Under the pieces are notes generated by a model, which worked only from the letters and a program-made list of their open reading frames with translations, was not told the DNA's origin and made no database searches. From IMG/VR virus record IMGVR_UViG_3300029319_000020, positions 14,437 through 78,436 of that record: DNA of 64,000 nt. One strand, given 5' to 3'. The position numbers and the translations under genes were made by a program. Shown here one piece after another: positions 28,700-38,458 of this stretch. This stretch comes from a virus (taxonomy: Duplodnaviria; Caudoviricetes). Position 1 is the stretch's first letter; each line of letters begins with the position of its first letter.

Positions 28700-30556
28700 A
28701 TGGCTATAGAAAATAAAATACTATCGGACATAACTGTCCATATGAAATATGCTCGTTACCTTCCTGATGAGCAGAGAAGAGAAAACTGGGAAGAATTGGT
28801 TACTAGAAATAAGAATATGCATTTAAAAAAGTTCCCTCATTTACAACAAACAATTGAGTGGGCTTACGGGTATGTTTATGATAAAAAAATACTACCATCT
28901 ATGAGAAGTATGCAGTTTGGTGGCAAACCTATTGATGTATCACCAAATCGTATATTTAATTGTGCTTATGCTCCAATTGATCATATGAAGGTCTTTGGAG
29001 AAATAATGTTTCTTCTTCTCGGAGGAACAGGGGTTGGTTATTCAGTTCAAAATCATCACGTTGAGAAACTTCCTGCGATACACAAACCATCGGGAAAAAG
29101 AACAAGACGTTATCTTATTGGTGACTCTATTGAAGGATGGTCTGATTCTGTAAATGCTTTAATGAAAGTTTATTTTACAGGTGGATCAAAACTACGATTT
29201 GATTTTTCAGATATACGCCCCAAGGGCGCAAGACTAGTTACTAGTGGAGGCAAAGCTCCTGGTCCACAACCGTTAAAAGAGTGTCTCATTAAGATACAAG
29301 GAATATTAGATGAAAAAGAAAACGGTGATCAACTCACCACACTTGAAGTTCACGATATTATCTGCCACATCGCAGACGCTGTATTGGCCGGCGGTATTCG
29401 TAGGGCTGCTCTCATTAGCTTATTTAGCGCTACTGATCAATATATGCTTGGTGCTAAGTCAGGTAGATGGTACGAGACAAACCCACAACGTGGAAGAGCA
29501 AACAACTCAGTAGTTATTATGAGACATAGGATAGACAAGGACACGTTTCTTGATTTATGGGATCGTGTTAAAGCTTCTGGTGCTGGAGAACCTGGGTTCT
29601 ATTTTACAAATGATAAGGACTATGGTTGTAATCCTTGTTGCGAAATTTCTCTTAGACCATTTCAGTTCTGTAACTTAACTGAGATCAATGTTTCAGATAT
29701 TGAAACACAAGAAGATTTAAATGATAGAGCTAAAGCTGCTTCGGTTATAGGAACTCTTCAAGCAGCTTACACAGATTTTCACTATCTTCGTCCTGTTTGG
29801 AAAAGAAACACAGAAAAAGATTATCTTATTGGCGTATCTATGACAGGCATAGCATCAGGTAAGGTGTTAGAACTAGATATGAAATTAGCTGCTAACAATG
29901 TTAAAATGGCTAATTCTGAAATTGCTTTAAGAATAGGTATTGGACCTGCTTCACGCTGTACAACAGTAAAACCAGCAGGAACAACATCACTTACACTAGG
30001 AACAAGCTCAGGAATTCATGCGTGGCATAATGACTATTATCTACGCAGAATCCGCGTAGGTAAAGGTGAATCAATTTATACTTATCTTCAAGTAAATCAT
30101 CCTGAATTGATTGAAGACGAATATTTTAGACCACATGATACTGCTGTGATCTCCGTACCACAGAAGGCACCTGAAGGATCGATTACTCGTCATGAATCAG
30201 CTCTTGATTTATTGGAGAGAGTAAAGAAAGTCCATCTCGAATGGGTAAAGACAGGACATAGAAAAGGACAGAACACTAATAATGTTTCTGCTACTATTAC
30301 TATCAAACCTGACGAGTGGCAAGAGGTTGGAGAATGGATGTGGGAGAACAAGCATAACTATAATGGTTTGTCTGTGCTTCCTTATTCAGACCACTCTTAC
30401 AAGCAAGCTCCTTTTGAGGACTGTACCAAAGAAGAATATGAAGCTTTGCTACCTTCTTTGAAAGTAGTTGACTTGGACAAAGTCGTTGAAATCGACGACA
30501 ACACAAACCTTACAGGCGAACTGGCGTGTGCCGGCGGTGCTTGTGAAATTAACTAA
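28700..30556 (+). CDS. nrdJ: Class II (adenosylcobalamin) ribonucleotide reductase, monomeric type
   Basis: IFNC, GTGVG.S, NPCCEI, FCNLTE, VKPAGT, C-terminal CAGGACE; no beta-subunit gene adjacent. Confidence 0.9.
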   Translation: MAIENKILSDITVHMKYARYLPDEQRRENWEELVTRNKNMHLKKFPHLQQTIEWAYGYVYDKKILPSMRSMQFGGKPIDVSPNRIFNCAYAPIDHMKVFGEIMFLLLGGTGVGYSVQNHHVEKLPAIHKPSGKRTRRYLIGDSIEGWSDSVNALMKVYFTGGSKLRFDFSDIRPKGARLVTSGGKAPGPQPLKECLIKIQGILDEKENGDQLTTLEVHDIICHIADAVLAGGIRRAALISLFSATDQYMLGAKSGRWYETNPQRGRANNSVVIMRHRIDKDTFLDLWDRVKASGAGEPGFYFTNDKDYGCNPCCEISLRPFQFCNLTEINVSDIETQEDLNDRAKAASVIGTLQAAYTDFHYLRPVWKRNTEKDYLIGVSMTGIASGKVLELDMKLAANNVKMANSEIALRIGIGPASRCTTVKPAGTTSLTLGTSSGIHAWHNDYYLRRIRVGKGESIYTYLQVNHPELIEDEYFRPHDTAVISVPQKAPEGSITRHESALDLLERVKKVHLEWVKTGHRKGQNTNNVSATITIKPDEWQEVGEWMWENKHNYNGLSVLPYSDHSYKQAPFEDCTKEEYEALLPSLKVVDLDKVVEIDDNTNLTGELACAGGACEIN

Positions 30557-30567
30557 ATGGAGAAAAT

Positions 30568-30753
30568 ATGAAACAAAAACTAGAACAACTAATTGAAGGG
30601 CTACAAGCCATTCTTGAGGATATAGAAAAAGTGGATGAAAAGTCCTATGGTTACAAAGCAGCTGCTGTCCGTGCCAGAAAGACTCTTCATGAAGCAAGAG
30701 GTCAGTTCCAAGAACTTCGTAAAGAAATTCAAGCAAAGAAAAACGAAAAGTAA
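30568..30753 (+). CDS. Histone H1-like Hc1-family nucleoid protein
   Basis: KAAAVRARK.L.E.R...QELRK motif. Confidence 0.65.
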   Translation: MKQKLEQLIEGLQAILEDIEKVDEKSYGYKAAAVRARKTLHEARGQFQELRKEIQAKKNEK

Positions 30754-30772
30754 AATCTAAATTTTGTTATTT

Positions 30773-30807
30773 AAAAACCCTGTGACTAATTATCATAGGG
30801 TTTTTTT
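30773..30807 (+). terminator. Terminator hairpin whose loop is the late motif CTAATTA
   Basis: AAAAACCCTGTGA-CTAATTA-TCATAGGGTTTTT. Confidence 0.75.
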
Positions 30808-30822
30808 ATTAGGAGAAATAAC

Positions 30823-31365
30823 ATGAAGATCACAAACCAAGAATTAAAACAAATTATAAAAGAAGAATTAGATAAAGTTCTTGAAGAATATTATTCTTTA
30901 CCACAATCATATGATAAAGTAAGTAATCAAGCTTTTTATGATAGAAGAGACAATGTTAGAGATGCAAAAGGTCCTCAAACTTATAAAGGACTAGAAGGTG
31001 GATCTATAGGCAGTATTGAACAAGATCCAAACATTCCACCTGAGCATAAAGAAAAATTAATCAGATTATTTAAACAAGGCCCAGAAGGTAGAAGACAAGC
31101 TTTAGAATTAATGGACGCGATGGGCTATGGTGTTGAACCAATTCTTGACACCGAAGAAGGACCTTTTGAAAAAATAAGAAATCCTTTTTCTGGAGATGAT
31201 CATCCAACCACACACCATCCCGAAATGATGGGTTATGGATATAATAAGTATAAAAAAGCACCACACTATATGAGAGGTGGTGGTACTTTTACTTACGATG
31301 AGAATGACCCTAATCAATATGGAAACATAGATAAACTAATGAAACATTATGAGAAGAAAAAGTGA
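30823..31365 (+). CDS. Hypothetical protein with MKIT..LKQIIKEE tag
   Basis: AGGAG RBS; late motif at 30785. Confidence 0.7.
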   Translation: MKITNQELKQIIKEELDKVLEEYYSLPQSYDKVSNQAFYDRRDNVRDAKGPQTYKGLEGGSIGSIEQDPNIPPEHKEKLIRLFKQGPEGRRQALELMDAMGYGVEPILDTEEGPFEKIRNPFSGDDHPTTHHPEMMGYGYNKYKKAPHYMRGGGTFTYDENDPNQYGNIDKLMKHYEKKK

Positions 31366-31841
31366 AACTTACAAAGAAAAAATTAGAAAAATTGATAACT
31401 GAAGAATATGTGAGAAGGATTGGTGATGAATATAAACCAACTAACTATCCTGAATACGCTGATAAACTAACTACACTAGCAAAAGATGATTATAATCAAG
31501 CCAGAGAGTTAGCAGATGCTATAGATGAACCTTTGAATATTGAACTAGATTCAGGTGATTTTATGGAATTTTTACCATTTGGAATCGAACAATTTAAACA
31601 AACCAGCCCTGTCACTGTTGCCGCAAAAAACTTGGGGACACTATTAGATCAAGGTAAAGTTGAGATTTATTTTAGTACACACCATTCTAAATGGATAGTG
31701 GCTTATTATAAACAAAGACCCGATGGTCGTTATAGATACGTTGGAAGACATTCAAAAGACTATCCTAAATATGAATTTGAAAAAGCAGTCCAACATTACA
31801 ATGCCCTTGCAGATAACAAATATATTCATAAATCTACTTGA
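31362..31841 (+). CDS. Hypothetical protein with MKLT..LEKLITEE tag (paralog of 40406)
   Basis: GTG start overlaps the upstream stop; 47/61 N-terminal identity to the 40406 protein. Confidence 0.7.
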   Translation: MKLTKKKLEKLITEEYVRRIGDEYKPTNYPEYADKLTTLAKDDYNQARELADAIDEPLNIELDSGDFMEFLPFGIEQFKQTSPVTVAAKNLGTLLDQGKVEIYFSTHHSKWIVAYYKQRPDGRYRYVGRHSKDYPKYEFEKAVQHYNALADNKYIHKST

Positions 31842-31866
31842 CAAACAATAGATAATGTGTTATACT
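31838..31866 (+). promoter_or_regulatory. sigma70 promoter
   Basis: TTGACA-N17-TATACT with extended TG. Confidence 0.85.
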
Positions 31867-31953
31867 ATATATATGCTGTTCGACTTATGGTGTTGAATAG
31901 AACTTGTGGCAACTTCTTCTTTGCGCGACAAGTTTAATTTTATTGGAGGTTGA

Positions 31954-32241
31954 ATGTTTACACACGTTTACAATAGACACGTTCTTGTTGAGCTTGTCGA
32001 TGAAGAAGAAGAAAAGCAAGAGTCGCTTATTGCCTTACCACAAGATTACAAGAGACAAGAGTCACCATACTTAGTGGTTAAAGTTCTCGATAAAGCAGAG
32101 GACTGTAAAACCTTTGTAGAAGTATGTGATAAAGTTGTTATCGAACGTAGAATGCTAATTGAAATAGAAATTAAAGGTGAAAAGAACTATTTAGTTTTAG
32201 AAAATTACATCTACGGGAGATTAGAAGATGAAACTGACTAA
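31954..32241 (+). CDS. groES: GroES-like co-chaperonin
   Basis: 95 aa: N.HVLVE, mobile-loop-like ESLIALP, V..V.....V.V.DKV, C-terminal LV.E..I.G. Confidence 0.6.
   Translation: MFTHVYNRHVLVELVDEEEEKQESLIALPQDYKRQESPYLVVKVLDKAEDCKTFVEVCDKVVIERRMLIEIEIKGEKNYLVLENYIYGRLEDETD
32186..32194 (+). promoter_or_regulatory. Putative late motif ACTATTTAG (intragenic)
   Basis: About 35 bp upstream of tagged gene 32228. Confidence 0.45.
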
Positions 32242-32899
32242 AGAACTATTAAAAGAAATGATTCTTAAAGAAATGAAGAATCTTACACCTGCTCAAATAG
32301 AGCAAGAAGTTAGAAAACACATAATGCAAATAGGAGATCCAGATGGAGTTAAGAATATAGCTTTTGTAACAGCTCATGAACCACCTGAAGGTGGTAAAAA
32401 CTTTGAATGGGATAACGATGAGATGCAATTTCATTTAAAATCAATGTTAAAAAGAAGAGGTTATAAAGAGTTCTATCCAATAATTGGAAATTATGGTGGA
32501 CAACTTGAAGGATCTTTAATGGTAGTTGAAAGAGATCAATCACAGTCTGAATTTCTTGATCAAATGGTTTCAATTGGAAAACAATTTAATCAAGATGCTG
32601 TAATTGTTGGTACGAAACAAGAATCAATGCAAACAGACCCTAGTCAATCTGGGCCGGCTTACCACATGGATTTTGAAATGATAAACTTACACCCAACAAA
32701 AACAGGTGTTCCAAATATGGATTTTAGACAACAAAGTACATATGATGAGAGAGACCAAGTTCAGTATGGACCAGCTGTGCAAAGCAGAGCAACTGATTTT
32801 TCTCAAGCAGGAAACTTTAAATTTGTTATTCCTTTCTTTTCATCAGCACCAGCAGATCAAAACAAATTTAGAGCAAATGTTAGAAACGTTGGAGAATAA
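32228..32899 (+). CDS. Tagged protein with a DUF3293-like domain
   Basis: MKLTKELLKEMILKE tag; FVTAHEP..L..RG...G.YG..E.SL....G..FNQDAV. Confidence 0.55.
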   Translation: MKLTKELLKEMILKEMKNLTPAQIEQEVRKHIMQIGDPDGVKNIAFVTAHEPPEGGKNFEWDNDEMQFHLKSMLKRRGYKEFYPIIGNYGGQLEGSLMVVERDQSQSEFLDQMVSIGKQFNQDAVIVGTKQESMQTDPSQSGPAYHMDFEMINLHPTKTGVPNMDFRQQSTYDERDQVQYGPAVQSRATDFSQAGNFKFVIPFFSSAPADQNKFRANVRNVGE

Positions 32900-33601
32900 A
32901 TGTCATACAATAAAACAATACCCCTTTACGATGATAATATCGGGTGTGTCTCTTATGTGGAGCATATGGGGAGCGATCTTACTGTGGTTAATTCAGCAAG
33001 AGTCTCCTTTGGTGTGGAGAAAACTGATTTGGACGATAGAGACAGAAAGCTTATTAATTACCTTATTAAACACAGACATACATCAACTCTCGAGCACAAT
33101 GTTATTACTTTCAAGTTTGTCGTGCCTTTATTTATTCGTTCACAACATCATCGTCATAGGACTTGGTCTTATAACGAGATCAGCAGAAGATATACAGATA
33201 AAGATTTACAGTTCTATCTTCCAAACAGCTTTAGGACACAACACAAGTCAAACAGACAAGCATCAAACGCCAATGAGCTAATAAATCCAAAAGTCTATCC
33301 AAACATGTCTTCTATGAAGGCAGCAGAACTTTTAGAAGCAAAAACCTATGAGTGCTTAAACACATTTGAAACATTACTTGATGCTGGAGTTTGCAGAGAG
33401 CAAGCAAGAATGGTTCTTCCACAAAATCTATACACAGAGTACTATGGAACAGTAAACTTAAACAATCTCTTAAAATTCATAGACCTTAGGACACATGAAG
33501 GCGCGCAATGGGAAATACAGAAAGTTGCGGAAGCCTGTTTAGAGATCGCATCTGACTTATGGCCAGTGTCTGTAGAGTCTTATAGTAAAATTAGAAACTA
33601 A
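32900..33601 (+). CDS. thyX: Flavin-dependent thymidylate synthase
   Basis: RHRTWSYNEISRRY motif; REQAR.VLP. Confidence 0.97.
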   Translation: MSYNKTIPLYDDNIGCVSYVEHMGSDLTVVNSARVSFGVEKTDLDDRDRKLINYLIKHRHTSTLEHNVITFKFVVPLFIRSQHHRHRTWSYNEISRRYTDKDLQFYLPNSFRTQHKSNRQASNANELINPKVYPNMSSMKAAELLEAKTYECLNTFETLLDAGVCREQARMVLPQNLYTEYYGTVNLNNLLKFIDLRTHEGAQWEIQKVAEACLEIASDLWPVSVESYSKIRN

Positions 33602-33608
33602 TTATTTC

Positions 33609-33881
33609 ATGATTCAAAGCCAACCAGTAACTAAACCTCTTTTTTCTATCGGTGATCTTGTAAAGGTAAGAGGTTTTGGTATTGTTCTGTCACCTGAAGA
33701 AGTTCAAATTGGTATAATTAGTAATGGACCATATTCATTTAAATCATTAGAATCATATCATGAATTAGTTTATTTTGAATGGTGGTGTTATGATATAATC
33801 ATCGGCAGCTCACTAATTACAATGATGCCAGAAAACTTTTTATTAAGGGTAAGTGTAGATGAAAGTGAAAAAGATATTTGA
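33609..33881 (+). CDS. SH3/KOW-like small protein
   Basis: FSIGDLVKV N-terminus like the 61-64 kb family; ACTAATTAT at 33597. Confidence 0.55.
   Translation: MIQSQPVTKPLFSIGDLVKVRGFGIVLSPEEVQIGIISNGPYSFKSLESYHELVYFEWWCYDIIIGSSLITMMPENFLLRVSVDESEKDI
33812..33820 (+). promoter_or_regulatory. Putative late motif ACTAATTAC (intragenic)
   Basis: About 40 bp upstream of gene 33859. Confidence 0.45.
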
Positions 33882-35214
33882 ATCTTATGAAAGATTTTTA
33901 GAAGAGTTAAAAGAACTACCAGGTGATGAAGTAGACTATGTCAGGATTGGTATAGCAAAAGAAATAGATGCAACACTTCAAAGACCTTCAAACGATCAAG
34001 AATTAAATAAGCTACTCAGAGCTAAAACTCCTGGCATAACAAAAAGGAACGCCAACTTATTACTGTATCTTTATAGAGGTGTTGATGAAAAAGGTAACTT
34101 ACTTAAGAATGAAAATGTTAAAGCTGTTATCGATGAGCTTGATAAAAGGGCTGAAAGGTTTCTTGATTCTTTTGAAACTCAAGTTCATTTTTTAGTTTTT
34201 TTGAATGATGCTCCAATGCTTATGAATGAGTATATGCCACGCATGAGAGAAGTTAGTAAAACAGATAGTCATGAATCTAAGTTCATGTTAAAAACTGCAC
34301 CTGGTCATTTTGACGCATTTCAGTTTGCCAAGAAGAAACCGTTTGCCATCTTTTCAGACACAACAGCTAACTCAGGTATGAAAGATTTTATGCACAAGCA
34401 AACACCAGAGCTTCATAATATAAACCCTCAACATCATTATTTGTTTAAGCTAGAGTTCTTGATAGAAATTGCATACGATATAGTAAAAGACAATATAGAT
34501 TTTTTAGTTCCTGATAGAAATAAAATTGATATTGATATAAAGCCTCTAGTACCTCAAAGGTTTATTGCAAATTATTTGAAAGGAATAACTGTAACTACAG
34601 ATGATTACAGAAAAGAGTTACGTAAAAAACCACATCCAACTTTTGATCCAATGGTAAAAGCTCAAAGATACGCAATGAATAAATTGTTTAGATACTATTA
34701 TTACGGTGATTACCTAAGAGATAGCGAAGAAAAACAAATGAAACTAATCGATGACTACATGCCACAAATATTAGACTTAGATACAGAAAATGTACAAGCT
34801 GGTATGGTACCAAACAAAAGCTTATTACTGTCTTTGGTGTGGGAAAACTTTCCTAAAGAAAGTAAAGAAAAATACAAATTACCTTTTCTAAAGATTTTAT
34901 ATACAGTAAAAAACACAAAATGGATGGATTATTCTCTTAGAGATATTATAAATAAACCTGGTGTTTTAGATAGAGAGAGGGGCGACACCGAATTTCTTCC
35001 TTTAGGAAGCCCAGGAGAAACTGAGGATCATAGAAAAGAATATGCAGAAAATGAATTAAACGTTATGATACGTATGCTAAATAATAAAGAAAACATATCT
35101 GAACGTTGGGATGAATTCAAAATTCTTTGGTCTAAACTAGCATCTGACACAAAAGAAGAATTGACTCCAAAAATAAATGAACTCATAAAAATAATTGAAG
35201 GTGATAATGAGTGA
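33859..35214 (+). CDS. Hypothetical helical protein, likely late/virion
   Basis: 451-aa ORF; N-terminal MKVKKIFESYERFLEE. Confidence 0.65.
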   Translation: MKVKKIFESYERFLEELKELPGDEVDYVRIGIAKEIDATLQRPSNDQELNKLLRAKTPGITKRNANLLLYLYRGVDEKGNLLKNENVKAVIDELDKRAERFLDSFETQVHFLVFLNDAPMLMNEYMPRMREVSKTDSHESKFMLKTAPGHFDAFQFAKKKPFAIFSDTTANSGMKDFMHKQTPELHNINPQHHYLFKLEFLIEIAYDIVKDNIDFLVPDRNKIDIDIKPLVPQRFIANYLKGITVTTDDYRKELRKKPHPTFDPMVKAQRYAMNKLFRYYYYGDYLRDSEEKQMKLIDDYMPQILDLDTENVQAGMVPNKSLLLSLVWENFPKESKEKYKLPFLKILYTVKNTKWMDYSLRDIINKPGVLDRERGDTEFLPLGSPGETEDHRKEYAENELNVMIRMLNNKENISERWDEFKILWSKLASDTKEELTPKINELIKIIEGDNE

Positions 35215-36022
35215 TTTTTATTTTGATGAATTAGTGCTTGGTGGATCTCTAACTGCTTTACTGTATGCTTACAAAAAAAACCTTCCAATACTTATTGACA
35301 TAGCTCATGTTCCGTTTGTTCTTGAAGAGGTTCCGCATCATTGGAATTTATCTTTTTTAGGATTCAAGAGAGGTGGGGATCATAGAAAATCACAAGTATG
35401 GGATCGAGTATCTTTTTTATTAGCAATGTCTGGATTAGTTCTGTTCCCAAACAATATTCAATCTTTTAGAATGGAAGATGATCATATCAACATAATTGGT
35501 CTTGATAATAAACGTATGAAAGTGCACTACAAAAAACTAACAGAGTTCGATAGAGACACTAAAGAGCATCTGATGGTTTACGATTGGTTTGCAGTGTCAT
35601 CAGGTTCCCGACACGATTGGGAAGTTATACCAAACCCAAAAGAAGATCTATGTCATTTACTATTATTTCACAGATCAACAAGACCTCGTACAAGATCGGA
35701 TGTAAAAGATGTTTGCGCGGTCTCTAAGGTACCTAGAAACGAGTTAAATAATCTAGAGTGGTCAGAGACCTATACACGAATTAAAACGCTTCAAATGATG
35801 AAAGAGATAGGAATAAAAGGACGTGCGAATGGTTACAATAGAAAAGGAAATACACTTCATTATGCTATAGCAATTGAGCATATGTATCGTGAAGTTTTTG
35901 AACAAGTAACTAACACAATAAATATTGAAGAGATCTTATCTTGGGAAGATAAGAAAGGAACAAACTTATGGAATTTGACACAAAAAATGTTAATGGCTCA
36001 TCTTACCACCTCGCCGGAATAG
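35207..36022 (+). CDS. Hypothetical protein with N-terminal Rossmann-like motif
   Basis: DELVLGGSLTALLYA resembles the dinucleotide-binding beta-alpha start. Confidence 0.5.
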   Translation: MSDFYFDELVLGGSLTALLYAYKKNLPILIDIAHVPFVLEEVPHHWNLSFLGFKRGGDHRKSQVWDRVSFLLAMSGLVLFPNNIQSFRMEDDHINIIGLDNKRMKVHYKKLTEFDRDTKEHLMVYDWFAVSSGSRHDWEVIPNPKEDLCHLLLFHRSTRPRTRSDVKDVCAVSKVPRNELNNLEWSETYTRIKTLQMMKEIGIKGRANGYNRKGNTLHYAIAIEHMYREVFEQVTNTINIEEILSWEDKKGTNLWNLTQKMLMAHLTTSPE

Positions 36023-36876
36023 TTCCGTGCGGAGGCCAACCTCTTGATTTTGGAATGGAGTGGCCTGATTTTATGATGCCGATAGCTCCTAATTATACAA
36101 TGATTGAGGCGGCAATAATGGAATGTGCATGGGCTGGATGTGAAACGATATGGGTTTGCCTTTATGAAGATACCGCACCCTTAGTAAGACATCGTATTGG
36201 TGACTTTGTTCAAGACCCTGTATGGGCTTGGAGAGGAATGGATCCACAACCAACAGCGAAGCAAAGAAGGATACCAATTTTTTATGTACCAGTTCACCCA
36301 AAAAACAGATTCAGAAGAGATTGTCTGGCATGGTCAGTTATTGAGGGAGCCCTGTCGGCATTTAAAGTGTCAGCAACAGTATCAAAGTGGATCTATCCAA
36401 ATAAATATTGGGTTTCCTTTCCTTATGGGTATTTTAATCCAGAGTTGTTGAGAGAACACCGCCAAAAAATTTCCTCTCCAAAAAATTTCTACGTTACACA
36501 CAAAGGCAAAACACCGGAACAAGGTATACACACCTCATTTTCGTTTGGTAAAGATGAGTTTGTAAGATTTCGAAGACAAATACGGAAAGGAACAGGAGCA
36601 TTTACAAACGAGATTAATGAAAAAGGAATTCCAACAAAGAAGTTACCACTTGAAAAAAGATATTCAGCTCGTTGGTTTAACCTAGAGGACGTTTTTATAG
36701 ATTTGGATAACACAACTGATAATTCTATGGAAGTAGATCAATTTTTCGATCTTTCTAGTTGGGAAAATTATAGAAACTATTTATCATCAGAACTTTCGTC
36801 AACAACAACAAGGCCTCCAGACTGGTTAATAAAATATAAAGAATTTGGATCAATTTCACTTGACAGAACAGATTAG
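35968..36876 (+). CDS. Nucleotide-diphospho-sugar transferase / NTP-transferase-like protein
   Basis: AGIVP.GG...FGM..P..MMPI....MIE.AI.EC..AGC..IWV pattern. Confidence 0.6.
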   Translation: MEFDTKNVNGSSYHLAGIVPCGGQPLDFGMEWPDFMMPIAPNYTMIEAAIMECAWAGCETIWVCLYEDTAPLVRHRIGDFVQDPVWAWRGMDPQPTAKQRRIPIFYVPVHPKNRFRRDCLAWSVIEGALSAFKVSATVSKWIYPNKYWVSFPYGYFNPELLREHRQKISSPKNFYVTHKGKTPEQGIHTSFSFGKDEFVRFRRQIRKGTGAFTNEINEKGIPTKKLPLEKRYSARWFNLEDVFIDLDNTTDNSMEVDQFFDLSSWENYRNYLSSELSSTTTRPPDWLIKYKEFGSISLDRTD

Positions 36877-36888
36877 GTGTGTTATAAT
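36860..36888 (+). promoter_or_regulatory. sigma70 promoter
   Basis: TTGACA-N17-TATAAT with extended TG. Confidence 0.8.
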
Positions 36889-37498
36889 GAATACAGAAAT
36901 AAAAAGAAAAAGGTATAAGAAACATATTATGGAACTAAAGTTTTTAAGATCAGAATTGGCATATCAAGAAGAAGTTTTAGCTACGGCACATTATGACTTT
37001 GAAGCATGGCATAAGCAATGGTGTAAGGATAACAATATAGATTTGACAGAACTAAACAAAAAACATAAAACTCAAGTTTCAAAAATTTTATCGCAGCCAA
37101 ATTTTTCAGATTTGAAAAATGATGAGCAAGGTTTAGTGCCTTTAAGTGTAGAAAAAAAAGAAGAAAAAAAGAAGTTTCATAATCTTTTTAAACAAGTTGC
37201 AAAAGCCACTCATCCAGACAAGAATGAAGGTACTACACTAGATTTTAAAGCAGCTTCAGCAGCTTATGAGTCAAGTGATTGGGCTATGTTGTTACAAGTT
37301 GCAGAACAGTATGATATATTACCTGAAGATTTATCAGAAATCATTCCAGTGATGAAAGAAGAGGCAAAAAGACTAAGATCAATGATCAAACACAACAAAA
37401 CAATGTATTCTTGGAAATTTCAAGAATGTGAAACACAAGAGTGTAAAGAAAAGTTAGTAAAAGACTTTTTAAAACAATTATTTAATTTGGAGTTATAA
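36887..37498 (+). CDS. J-domain (DnaJ-like) protein; start 36887 or 36929
   Basis: FKQVAKATHPDK...FK.AS.AYE with the HPD motif. Confidence 0.75.
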   Translation: MNTEIKRKRYKKHIMELKFLRSELAYQEEVLATAHYDFEAWHKQWCKDNNIDLTELNKKHKTQVSKILSQPNFSDLKNDEQGLVPLSVEKKEEKKKFHNLFKQVAKATHPDKNEGTTLDFKAASAAYESSDWAMLLQVAEQYDILPEDLSEIIPVMKEEAKRLRSMIKHNKTMYSWKFQECETQECKEKLVKDFLKQLFNLEL

Positions 37499-38424
37499 TG
37501 TTATTATTATTGTTATTATGGGCATGCGATTCGGACGTGTCAATTATAAAAAGAATAGAAGAGGAAGAAACAGGACAAGCGCTTGGTATAGGTGAACCTG
37601 GTGAGCCTGCGGCTATTGTTGGACAACCTGCTTCTGAGGTCGGATCACAGCCATCAAGTGAAGTTGGATCTGAACCAGCATATGAGCAGCAACGAACCGG
37701 AGTTACAGGTCTATCGACCATGTATCTTAGACAGATCGCTTGCCCTGCTTGTATGGGTGAGACACAAGAGCTAACTGTAGAGTATGAACTACAAGTTCAC
37801 CAACCTATATCTGATTCATGGAACTCATGGATGCTACCTGATGGAACTTGCACACAGTATTTGTATCAAGGTGTACCATCTACACAACCAATCCAAGTTG
37901 GTCAATCTGTACAAGTTATGAACCAAAGTCATCAATTTGATGCTTATCAAAGCGGAGCAGGAACTTATACATCACAAAACATATGGGAGTCTCACTTACA
38001 ACGTAATGCAAACTATATGGTGCAAACAAGTGAGGGTTCGTTTAACTTTACAACTGTCGAGGGCTTTGACTATATAGAACCATACACAATGCTTTGGGTT
38101 GATCCGTCTTATGCTTTCGAAGCTGCCGTTCGTAGATCTGGCTTTACTGTAACATGGGCACCAGCTCGTCAAACCAGTAGAATGATGATAACTCTTGGTG
38201 TTTACTCTAGTGATGGTGCTTATTTATTAGGACAAGTCTCTTGTTTTGGAGCAGATAATGGATCTATGTTTATACCTGCTCAATATCTTAATTATCCTAC
38301 ATGGTCGTTGGTTGCAATTCATATAGAAAGGTTTGAAACTGATGTCGTTGAGACCAGTATTAATAACTCTTATATGGAAACTTTACAAATTTGGGAAGTT
38401 GTGGGCACTGGACACATCGAGTAA
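37498..38424 (+). CDS. Putative lipoprotein
   Basis: MLLLLLLWAC signal/lipobox, Pro/Ser/Glu linker, CPAC motif. Confidence 0.65.
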   Translation: MLLLLLLWACDSDVSIIKRIEEEETGQALGIGEPGEPAAIVGQPASEVGSQPSSEVGSEPAYEQQRTGVTGLSTMYLRQIACPACMGETQELTVEYELQVHQPISDSWNSWMLPDGTCTQYLYQGVPSTQPIQVGQSVQVMNQSHQFDAYQSGAGTYTSQNIWESHLQRNANYMVQTSEGSFNFTTVEGFDYIEPYTMLWVDPSYAFEAAVRRSGFTVTWAPARQTSRMMITLGVYSSDGAYLLGQVSCFGADNGSMFIPAQYLNYPTWSLVAIHIERFETDVVETSINNSYMETLQIWEVVGTGHIE

Positions 38425-38432
38425 CTATTTAT
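38424..38432 (+). promoter_or_regulatory. Putative late motif ACTATTTAT
   Basis: Intergenic, upstream of 38459. Confidence 0.55.
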
Positions 38433-38458
38433 TATCCAGACTAGGGAGGAAATATGTC

